The position numbers and the translations under genes were made by a program. From Candidatus Omnitrophota bacterium (GTDB lineage: Bacteria > Omnitrophota > Gorgyraeia > Zapsychrales > Fredricksoniimonadaceae): 64,000 nucleotides of DNA. The DNA lies in assembly GCA_015233335.1 (NCBI GenBank), contig JADFXX010000004.1:79237-143236 (forward strand). The letters run 5' to 3'. Below are positions 30,081 to 37,629 of this stretch, one piece after another. Numbering within the stretch: the first letter of the stretch is position 1; every line of letters begins with the position of its first letter. The notes under the pieces are model-generated. The model had not been told where the DNA came from, did no database searches, and was given only the letters and a program-made list of their open reading frames with translations.

Positions 30081-31298
30081 TTATTCTAGAACACCTGTCT
30101 TGCAGACTTGAGCGAATTTCTTGGCGCTTTCTCTGACGGTCCTTTGCTGCGTTTGATAATTGACATCGATCAATCCGAATCTGGGGGCAAAGCCATAAGC
30201 CCACTCGAAATTATCCAAAAGCGACCAGTAAAGATACCCCTTAACATGGACACCTTCTTGCATGGCCAGATGGACATTCTTAAGATGCTCGCGGATAAAT
30301 TCCCACCGCTGCTGATCATCCGTCGCACAAATACCGTTTTCCGCGATGATCACCGGTAAATTATATTTTTTGAGATTTAAAAGCACATGGTGAAGGCCTT
30401 GGGGATAAATATCCCAGCCTAAAAAATTCTTCTTCAAGGGATGGTGATTACCCTTACAGGTTTCCATCAGCAAGTTGCCGATCCACCAGCTACGCACATC
30501 CACCAAATGCCTCGAATAATAATTAACTCCAATAAAATCAAGGGCTTTCTGCCGTGTTAAACGATCAATAATTTCCAAGTTATACAATTGTTCTCTTAGG
30601 GCCACGGCCCAGCGGTTTCTTAATCCTTGGGTACAGCCGACAATGGCCTGCATATGATGGGCGATGCTGACAGCAGGTGGCGCGATGTTTAACTCATGAT
30701 AAATCTTATGGATCAACCGATAGGCCTCGATATGGGCTTCGTTTAACTGGTCTCCGACGGCCTTGGTCTTAAAAAAAGACCTTTCCTGCGGAGGCCACAT
30801 CCCCCAAAGATAGGCATGAGAAAAATAAATGGTCGGCTCATTGATGGTAAACCAATAGTGGACATGTTTGGCTAAAACGCGAGTAACAAAATCGCAGTAA
30901 CGCAAGAAGCGTTTCACACAACGGGGATTGACCCACCCGCCCTGCTCGCTAAACCAGATCGGGTTGGTAAAATGATGCAGGGTCACCATGGGCTCTATAT
31001 GGCGAGCGCGCAGGCTCTTGATCACATCGATGTAATGGTCCAGGGCCTCAAGCGAAAGTTCTCCCTCCTTAGGCTCAATCCGGCTCCATTCAATGGAGAG
31101 ACGGTGGGCATTGTGGTTTAAACTTTGGGCCAAATCAAAATCCTGCCGGTAAAGCTCATAATGACGGCAGGCATCGCCGGAGTTTTCCTTCCCGGCCTTC
31201 TTTTCCCACGGCCACCAATCCGCATGAACATTTTGGCCCTCGACCTGATAAGAAGAGGTCGCAGCACCCCAGAAAAAGTCTTGAGGAAATTTGATCAT
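30081..31298 (-). CDS. Glycoside hydrolase family 1 beta-glucosidase
   Basis: 405 aa. Features: FFWGAATSSYQVEG, TINEP (acid/base Glu) and IIAENG (nucleophile Glu). Confidence 0.9.
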   Translation of the reverse strand: MIKFPQDFFWGAATSSYQVEGQNVHADWWPWEKKAGKENSGDACRHYELYRQDFDLAQSLNHNAHRLSIEWSRIEPKEGELSLEALDHYIDVIKSLRARHIEPMVTLHHFTNPIWFSEQGGWVNPRCVKRFLRYCDFVTRVLAKHVHYWFTINEPTIYFSHAYLWGMWPPQERSFFKTKAVGDQLNEAHIEAYRLIHKIYHELNIAPPAVSIAHHMQAIVGCTQGLRNRWAVALREQLYNLEIIDRLTRQKALDFIGVNYYSRHLVDVRSWWIGNLLMETCKGNHHPLKKNFLGWDIYPQGLHHVLLNLKKYNLPVIIAENGICATDDQQRWEFIREHLKNVHLAMQEGVHVKGYLYWSLLDNFEWAYGFAPRFGLIDVNYQTQQRTVRESAKKFAQVCKTGVLE

Positions 31299-31377
31299 AT
31301 AAAAATTATATCATCGCAAATTAAAAATCCTTCAAAAATGTGTTTATTTATGTCCAACTAAAGAGTAAATTAAATCT

Positions 31378-32661
31378 ATGCGTGCTCTTATAAAATTGAT
31401 CCAGAAAACTTATAAAATGATAGAGCATCCGGGAAGTAAAAAGGGGCTGCATAATGTCATCTCCCTTTCGGGTCTGCAGGTCATAAGCTATATTTTACCG
31501 ATCATTATTCTACCCTACCTTTTTCGGGTAATCGGTGCTGAAAAATTCGGTCTGATCGCATTCGCCCAGGCCTTTGTTCAATACTTCTGCATCCTCACGG
31601 ATTACGGCTTTAGCGTTTCTGCAACAAAAGAAATCGCCCTTTGCCTTGAAAATAAAATTCAGGTCCGAAGGGTCATTGCTGCCGTCATGACGGTAAAGCT
31701 AGTCCTGGTTTTGTTCAGCTTTGTTATTTTGGGGGGCATTGTGTATTTTGCCCCTAAATTCAGGAGCGACTGGGTCATCTATGTCCTGAGTTTTGGCGCA
31801 GTCGTGGGTGGGTCCTTATTCCCCTCCTGGTTTTTCCAAGGGACAGAGCGGATGAAGTACACAGCGATCCTGAGTATTTTCGGACAATACGTTTATGCGT
31901 CACTTATTTTTATTTTTATACACGGGAGGAATGACTATCTGCTGGTCCCCGTCATAACCTCTATAGTCTCGCTCTTGACCGGGCTGGGAGGGCAATACAT
32001 TATTTTAACCCGCTTTGACATACCCTTCCAATTGCCGGAATTTCGGGAAATACGCCATCAGCTAAAGGAAGGATGGAATGTTTTTATTTCCGATGTTGCC
32101 ATCAATGCATATACGATCACACGCATTTTTGCCGTGGGGCTCTTAACTAATAACACCCTTACCGGATATTACTCCATTGCGGAAAAAATAGCCAATGCAG
32201 TCCAAACATTCCCCCTGTCTTCTTTTTCTCAGGCGATCTTCCCGCGCCTGAGCAAAATATTCAACAGAAATAAAACAAGAGCATTTGAAATCATGCAGCA
32301 AGTACAGCTGATCACCATCATTATCTCTTTGATTTTCTTGCCGGTCATCTTTCTTTTGGCGCCTTGGATCGTGCGGCTTGTCTGCGGAGGGGTATACCCC
32401 GCGACCGTATTATCTCTAAGGTTTTTGCTGATCTCGATATTCTTCATCAGCTCCAATGCTTTCCGTGTGCAGTTTCTGCTGGTTTGCGGAGAGACCAAAA
32501 CCTATTCGAGGATACACATCAGCATGGCCATGATAGGGCTGCCTTTGATCATTATTTTTATATATTGTTTTTCTTATGTGGGAGCGGCTATGGCCACCGC
32601 GATCATTGAAGGAGGGGTTTTTACGATCACTTATTTAATCATTAAAAAACTAAAATTTTAA
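31378..32661 (+). CDS. Polysaccharide/oligosaccharide flippase (Wzx/MOP superfamily)
   Basis: 427 aa with about 12 TM helices, resembling a polysaccharide-biosynthesis-protein family member. It is AT-rich relative to its neighbours. Confidence 0.7.
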   Translation: MRALIKLIQKTYKMIEHPGSKKGLHNVISLSGLQVISYILPIIILPYLFRVIGAEKFGLIAFAQAFVQYFCILTDYGFSVSATKEIALCLENKIQVRRVIAAVMTVKLVLVLFSFVILGGIVYFAPKFRSDWVIYVLSFGAVVGGSLFPSWFFQGTERMKYTAILSIFGQYVYASLIFIFIHGRNDYLLVPVITSIVSLLTGLGGQYIILTRFDIPFQLPEFREIRHQLKEGWNVFISDVAINAYTITRIFAVGLLTNNTLTGYYSIAEKIANAVQTFPLSSFSQAIFPRLSKIFNRNKTRAFEIMQQVQLITIIISLIFLPVIFLLAPWIVRLVCGGVYPATVLSLRFLLISIFFISSNAFRVQFLLVCGETKTYSRIHISMAMIGLPLIIIFIYCFSYVGAAMATAIIEGGVFTITYLIIKKLKF

Positions 32662-32664
32662 AGA

Positions 32665-32847
32665 TCACCAAAAATTCTTCTGCACCCAGGCATCCGCCCC
32701 TTGGAGAGTATTCCAGCCGTTTTTATCGGGATTCGACGCATTCTGCACGTCTTTTCCCATGCCGCATGCCGCCCCATTCACAGTTTCGCAGCCGGTAGGA
32801 ACGATCAATACCATCAGTAACAATAAATAATGAATACTTTTCGGCAT
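32665..32847 (-). CDS. Small lipoprotein, entericidin EcnA/B-like motif
   Basis: 60 aa from the ATG at 32847, with AAGGA 9 nt upstream; an alternative ATG lies at 32856. The lipobox is VPTGC. CETVNGAACGMGKDVQNA resembles the entericidin C-N-T-x-x-G-x-G-K-D-I pattern. The upstream part of the track ORF contains a terminator. Confidence 0.45.
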   Translation of the reverse strand: MPKSIHYLLLLMVLIVPTGCETVNGAACGMGKDVQNASNPDKNGWNTLQGADAWVQKNFW

Positions 32848-32940
32848 AATTTTCATCCTTTTTAGTGAAACCTGTTCCCAAGTTGCCAAACCACTACTAT
32901 AAGTATATACAAAGTTTGGGCATTTTGTACGAAAATCCGT

Positions 32941-32979
32941 AAAAAAACAAAACCCCTTGATGAAATTCACCAAGGGGTT
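32941..32979 (-). terminator. Rho-independent terminator ending the ECF/PilT-like/repeat-protein cluster
   Basis: Minus strand: AACCCCTTG, loop, CAAGGGGTT, then TTGTTTTTTT. Confidence 0.7.
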
Positions 32980-33009
32980 TGTTAATGATCATCCGTTGAG
33001 TGTACAATA

Positions 33010-33918
33010 TTATTTGTTATGTTTATCGTGTTTAATGTCCTGTCTATCTTTATGGATATCCCGACGCACTTGATTGAGCGCGTGTCGGGTTGTGTTCAAG
33101 GCCTTATGATCTTCGTTTAATTTAGCCTTGGCCGCTTTGATGATCGCCGGATCATGAGTCGCCTTGGCGGTTTGAAGAGCCTTCAGATCATCCCGCACTT
33201 GTTCATATCCTGATTTCACTTGGGCCTTAAGGGCTATGGCCTTATCCGTGTCCCCTTTGATATCTTGGAGATCTTTACGAATATCCCGGTCTTCTGCAAT
33301 GTCGATCTCTTCCTTCTTAAGATCACGTTTTTCAATATTACGCTTCTTTACATCGACGTTTAATTTATCTTGGGCATGCTTAATCAATGTCTGATCTCCG
33401 GAAGCTTTGGCGACAGCTAAAGCCTGACGATCAGCCTTAATATAATCATTGTCTTCCTTCAAGGCCGCGGCATCATCCTTGATCCCCGTCCTGTCTTTGG
33501 CAATATTCTTATTATCATTGACAGTGGCCTTATCGATCTTCAGATTAGCCTCGTCTTGTCCAAGGCCCACTTTGTCTTTGGCACGATCCTTCTCATCCTT
33601 AATAAGGTCAACCTTCGTTGCCTTTTGAGCACGGAGGTCCTTGTTCAACTGCTCTATAGTAGCCTTGATCATGGCCTGATCACCCGACTCATAAGCAGCC
33701 TTCAAGGCCGCACGATCTGCTCTCACATCTGCGTTGTCCTCTGCAAGCACAACCGTATCGGCATGGATACCTTTTGTATCTTTCTGGATATCTTTAATAT
33801 CTTGACGGATATCTTTTTGATCCTGACCGATATTCTGCGCATAGCCCTGCGGGATCGCAAGCAATGCTGTCCCTCCCAGTACAACTGTTAAAGCTAAAAC
33901 CATTTTTGATGCCTTCAT
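33010..33918 (-). CDS. Secreted charged helical-repeat protein (three modules), function unknown
   Basis: 302 aa from the ATG at 33918, with AAGGAGG upstream. The signal peptide is MKASKMVLALTVVLGGTALLAIPQGYAQ. An approximately 60-aa module recurs three times (ADRxALKxAxxSGDQxxIK...LNxD...). The C-terminus is His/Lys-rich. Confidence 0.6.
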   Translation of the reverse strand: MKASKMVLALTVVLGGTALLAIPQGYAQNIGQDQKDIRQDIKDIQKDTKGIHADTVVLAEDNADVRADRAALKAAYESGDQAMIKATIEQLNKDLRAQKATKVDLIKDEKDRAKDKVGLGQDEANLKIDKATVNDNKNIAKDRTGIKDDAAALKEDNDYIKADRQALAVAKASGDQTLIKHAQDKLNVDVKKRNIEKRDLKKEEIDIAEDRDIRKDLQDIKGDTDKAIALKAQVKSGYEQVRDDLKALQTAKATHDPAIIKAAKAKLNEDHKALNTTRHALNQVRRDIHKDRQDIKHDKHNK

Positions 33919-34012
33919 ACATCCTCCTTGATTGATTGCTGCCCTCAATTTTTCAACTCTCTAAAGGTTTAAACACTCAAGGTTTCAAAAAGTTCCGTTT
34001 TATGCCTAAATT

Positions 34013-34414
34013 TTATTTTCCATGTTTTATTTGGCGCCTGTCATGACGAAGATCTTTCTTCTCGGCATTGAGTTTCTGATGATCATGATTTAAGGCCTCT
34101 TGGGCTTTGTGTTCGGTCTTGCGGTCTCCTCGCAGCTTTTCTTTCGCTAATTTAATAGCGGCAGGGTCATGGGCCGCTTTAGCTTTGGCAAGTGCCCTGA
34201 GATCTGTTTTCAGCTGGGCCTTGGCTAAATCTAAACTAACGATATCACTCGAGATCTTCTCTTTTTCTAATTTTATATCCTGAAGATCCTTTCTGATGTC
34301 CTGTTTTATGGAAGAGGTCGCCGGTGGTGTCTTTGCGAACGACATAGTCCCCGTACATAAGATCACTGCTCCCATACCGATCGAAGCCCCTAATACAAAC
34401 CTTGATGCCTTCAT
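34013..34414 (-). CDS. Secreted charged helical protein, single-module paralog of 33010..33918
   Basis: 133 aa with the RBS AGGGAGGAAG and a signal peptide beginning MKASRFVLG. AAHDPAAIKLAKEKLRGD...DLRHDRRQIKHGK parallels ATHDPAIIKAAKAKLNED...DIHKDRQDIKHDKHNK in the neighbouring gene. Confidence 0.6.
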   Translation of the reverse strand: MKASRFVLGASIGMGAVILCTGTMSFAKTPPATSSIKQDIRKDLQDIKLEKEKISSDIVSLDLAKAQLKTDLRALAKAKAAHDPAAIKLAKEKLRGDRKTEHKAQEALNHDHQKLNAEKKDLRHDRRQIKHGK

Positions 34415-34439
34415 ACTTCCTCCCTATTTGCCATTTTCC

Positions 34440-35642
34440 TCACTCTTCTTCCTTCATACATGAGGCATCCACCACATGCTCGTCAACGAGCTTCTGCATA
34501 CTTTGTTTAAATGTATGCATCTGCTCGCACATACCCGTTTCCATATAACCATGGATCTCATGGTTACGCTGCTGACGGATGATATTACGGATGGCCAAAG
34601 TAGCGATCAGCACCTCGGTTGCAACCACCATTCCGCTATTGTCCGTCTTTCTAAACAGACGTTGCGAGACCACTGCCTGAAGGGATTGCGCCAACTGGAC
34701 GCGAATCAGGGGCTGTCTTTCTGCGTCAAAAACATCCAAAAGGCGGGTGATTGCCTGCACAGCAGTGCCGCTATGCATCGTCCCCAAGACCAAGTGTCCC
34801 GTCTCGGCGGCACGCAATGCCAGCATAATAGTTTCAAGGTCACGCATTTCTCCAACAACAATGACATCAGGGTTTTCCCGCAAGGCGTTCCTTAATCCGT
34901 CGCTAAAAGAAGCCGTATGCCAGCCGACTTGGCGCTGATGGATAAGCGACCGCTCATTATCGATAAAATATTCAATAGGGTCTTCGATCGTAATAATATG
35001 CCGTTCTTCGTACTGGTTGATCCGGTTGATCAAAGAAGCCAACGTCGTAGACTTGCCGCTGCCGGCCGGACCTGTAATAAGGATCAATCCCCGTTTAAAA
35101 CGCGTAAGGTCCTCAAAAACCGGGGGCAGGCCAAGTTCTCTCATGCCCGGGACACTATAAGGAATGGGCCGGATGGCGATGGTCGTCCCTTTCTGATGCC
35201 TGAAAATATTCAGGCGAAACCGGGAAGTCCCGGGGACATCCAAGACCAGGTCCACTTCCTGCCCGTTTTTATACTGTTGCAATTTTTCAGGAGAAAGGAT
35301 GGCGTTAACGATCTTAGATAATTCCCCGGCCGCCAAAATTTTGGCAATCCGCCGCTCAAACTTTCCATAAATTTTGAAAACCGGCCCTTCTCCGTCGGCC
35401 AAAAAGAGGTCTGAACAGCGCACACGCACGGCCTCCTGTAACCAGTTAAACAGTCCGCAACCCTTTAACAGATCTCTGCTCACTGTTGTTTTTATCTCCT
35501 TAGAAGATACGATCGAAGGAGCATCCGCGCCTGTGGGCTCTTCAAGCCCCACATTCTTAAAATCCACATCCCCACAAGTCTCCAGGAAGCATGATCCGGC
35601 ATGATTCGGCAAATCCCATAGGTTTGATAATGTTTGTCCCAT
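34440..35642 (-). CDS. PilT/PilU-family hexameric secretion ATPase (orphan; no pilus genes nearby)
   Basis: 400 aa. Walker A is GPAGSGKST; other motifs are ITIEDPIEY, VIVVGEMRD and GHLVLGTMH. It carries an N-terminal extension of about 55 aa relative to typical PilT. Confidence 0.85.
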   Translation of the reverse strand: MGQTLSNLWDLPNHAGSCFLETCGDVDFKNVGLEEPTGADAPSIVSSKEIKTTVSRDLLKGCGLFNWLQEAVRVRCSDLFLADGEGPVFKIYGKFERRIAKILAAGELSKIVNAILSPEKLQQYKNGQEVDLVLDVPGTSRFRLNIFRHQKGTTIAIRPIPYSVPGMRELGLPPVFEDLTRFKRGLILITGPAGSGKSTTLASLINRINQYEERHIITIEDPIEYFIDNERSLIHQRQVGWHTASFSDGLRNALRENPDVIVVGEMRDLETIMLALRAAETGHLVLGTMHSGTAVQAITRLLDVFDAERQPLIRVQLAQSLQAVVSQRLFRKTDNSGMVVATEVLIATLAIRNIIRQQRNHEIHGYMETGMCEQMHTFKQSMQKLVDEHVVDASCMKEEE

Positions 35643-35678
35643 AGACCTTCTCTTGATAAATGCTTCTTTGTTATTTTT

Positions 35679-36125
35679 TTATTTATTATGGCTTTCGCGC
35701 CATTTTTTACGGGCCTGTTCCTTTTGCTCCGCCGACATTTTTTCCCAATTTTTATAATTTGTTTCAATCCTATGTTTTTCCTCCGCAGACATCTGTTTCC
35801 ACGCCTTTAATTTTTCCTTTACTTTCTGACGATCTTCGGGGGACATTTTTTTATATTCCTGCCAATTGTGACGGATCCTCTGCCTTTGGGCAAAAGAAAG
35901 TTTCTTGAAACGGTCATACCGGTTTAAAATTTCCCATCTCATGGCAGGATCCAAGCTCTTAAATTCCTGCAGACGATTGCGGTATTCCTGCTTCTGGGCC
36001 TCGGTCAAGCTGTTCCATAAAGCAATATTGTCTTGATACTGCGTATTCTGGGCTTGCGCCGATTGAGGGGATATGATCAAAACAAGAAATAAAAGAAAAA
36101 TACCGGGTATCATTTTATTTAGCAT
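35679..36125 (-). CDS. DUF3106-like secreted protein
   Basis: 148 aa with a signal peptide. W-x-x-(L/M)-(S/T)-x-E-(Q/E)-K and R-rich helical repeats recur (WNSLTEAQKQEYRNR, WQEYKKMSPEDRQK, WKQMSAEEKHR, WEKMSAEQKEQ). Confidence 0.65.
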   Translation of the reverse strand: MLNKMIPGIFLLFLVLIISPQSAQAQNTQYQDNIALWNSLTEAQKQEYRNRLQEFKSLDPAMRWEILNRYDRFKKLSFAQRQRIRHNWQEYKKMSPEDRQKVKEKLKAWKQMSAEEKHRIETNYKNWEKMSAEQKEQARKKWRESHNK

Positions 36126-36348
36126 GGATCGCTCCTTTATTCAAATCCGGCCCTTCGGGGCCGACAATATCCCAATTTCGCAATAAATCTAGCCGTTTAA
36201 TTACTTCCATATCTGTATCATCGGCCTTGCTCTGCTTGCCTGTGTCTTCTTTCTTGCAAGGAGATTGCGTTGCCGCCCAACTATGGGTACATAAGGACAT
36301 TGCAGCCATCAAGACGATAAATTTAAAAAAGATGATAACCCTTTTCAT
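36115..36348 (-). CDS. Small secreted protein, unknown function
   Basis: 77 aa with signal peptide ...SLCTHSWA. It lies 14 nt after the anti-sigma gene and overlaps the next gene. Confidence 0.5.
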   Translation of the reverse strand: MKRVIIFFKFIVLMAAMSLCTHSWAATQSPCKKEDTGKQSKADDTDMEVIKRLDLLRNWDIVGPEGPDLNKGAIHAK

Positions 36349-36362
36349 AGTATCCGTGCCTC

Positions 36363-36851
36363 CTAGGTAACACTTTCTTTTTGGGCACTATCTAAATCTT
36401 TAATAATATCCAAGTCCTTAATAGTCTCAAAATGCTCGGCAAGATCTATATTCTTAAGCATTTCAATATCATCCGTTTTCATCTGACTTAACTTATTCTG
36501 CATGTTGATCTGCTCGACGACTCCGGTCGAACCGATAATGATCATTAAACTTAAAGCCGTAACAACAGGAACTAACCGCCTGTTGCCCCATAAAGCCTTA
36601 AATCCCCTTAAAAACCGTTCATAAGCTGATTCTTGTGTTGCCACCTTGGTCCAAAATCTGCTCACAAAATCCGCTGAAGGTTCAATCGTTGGCGCCAAAT
36701 CAAGCAATCCCCAAGCACGCGCCATCTGCTGACTTTCCTGAAGACAGCCCGGACAAGATGCCAGGTGAGCTTCGATCTCTTTGAAAAATTGAGGATCCAA
36801 CTCCCGATCAAGAAAAGCTGAAAGGTTATTTTTAACTTCTCTGCATTCCAT
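36363..36851 (-). CDS. Anti-sigma factor (zf-HC2 type), single-pass membrane
   Basis: 162 aa. The N-terminal zinc motif is H-x3-C-x2-C (HLASCPGC). There is one TM helix (LVPVVTALSLMIIIGSTGVV). It lies directly downstream of the ECF sigma gene. Confidence 0.8.
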   Translation of the reverse strand: MECREVKNNLSAFLDRELDPQFFKEIEAHLASCPGCLQESQQMARAWGLLDLAPTIEPSADFVSRFWTKVATQESAYERFLRGFKALWGNRRLVPVVTALSLMIIIGSTGVVEQINMQNKLSQMKTDDIEMLKNIDLAEHFETIKDLDIIKDLDSAQKESVT

Positions 36852-36917
36852 TGTTGAAACCTCCTATCTTTCTAACACGGCAAACCCCTAAAAGTTCCGC
36901 TATTCATTGAATTATTC

Positions 36918-37523
36918 TCATATATCCGTCAATTTAACCTTCAACGTCTCTTTAGCCCTATTTAAAAGCGATTTAACGGCCTTGGGCGAACAGTTCAAAC
37001 TTTGAGCAATCTCTTCATAACTCATTTTTTCATAGCGCTTTAGGAAAACAGCACTGCGTTGGTTCTCCGGAAGCTCATTGATCACGGCCTGAATCCTGGC
37101 CGACTTTTCATCTTCCAGCATTTCTTCCAAAGGGGAAAGGCTCTTATCATCCGCCTGCTGAGCCACCATACTGCCCTCCTCTGATTCTATTTCTTCATCC
37201 AGCGAAACAGCATATTTACGCTCATTGCGTATGGCATTAAGCGCGCTGTTACGTACGATGGTATAAAGGAAGGTCTGAAATTTTGCTTGAGGCCGATAAT
37301 TGGCCCCCATTTGATGGATTTTTAAAAAAATCTCCTGGGTCAGGTCTTCGGCTGCATGGCGATTCAAGCCGTATCGGTATAAAAAGTTAAGGACTCTTGG
37401 ATAATACTTGCGCATCAGAACTTCAAAAGAACGCGGATTCCCATTCTGAAATTCAAGCATTAAAACAACATCCGGATCAGTAGTATAATCTTCAGGTTTT
37501 TTAAAAATGGGGTAAAGAGTCAC
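36918..37523 (-). CDS. ECF-type RNA polymerase sigma factor (sigma-24 family)
   Basis: 201 aa (GTG start in the track). Region 2 is AEDLTQEIFLKIH, and region 4 is an HTH (MSYEEIAQSLNCSPKAVKSLLNRAK). Confidence 0.88.
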   Translation of the reverse strand: MTLYPIFKKPEDYTTDPDVVLMLEFQNGNPRSFEVLMRKYYPRVLNFLYRYGLNRHAAEDLTQEIFLKIHQMGANYRPQAKFQTFLYTIVRNSALNAIRNERKYAVSLDEEIESEEGSMVAQQADDKSLSPLEEMLEDEKSARIQAVINELPENQRSAVFLKRYEKMSYEEIAQSLNCSPKAVKSLLNRAKETLKVKLTDI

Positions 37524-37538
37524 TTTTTGATTATTTTC

Positions 37539-37566
37539 TTGAGATAAAGGTGGATGTTGTTATACT
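37539..37566 (+). promoter_or_regulatory. Possible sigma-70-type promoter for the outer-membrane protein gene
   Basis: TTGAGA (37539-37544), a 16-nt spacer, then TATACT (37561-37566), 64 nt upstream of the ATG. Confidence 0.35.
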
Positions 37567-37629
37567 AAAAATAATACCAGATTTGATGGATTATTAAAAC
37601 ATAATTGGCGTAATTTAAAAACTAAAAAG

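Noticed and set aside
33966-33996. GGAACTT (minus strand, 33996-33990), identical to the sigma-E-type -35 consensus, upstream of the 302-aa repeat-protein gene.
   Set aside because: The sequence 16-17 nt downstream (TTTAAACC) does not match a known ECF -10 (TCTGA/CGTC types). A single occurrence is not enough to call an ECF promoter.
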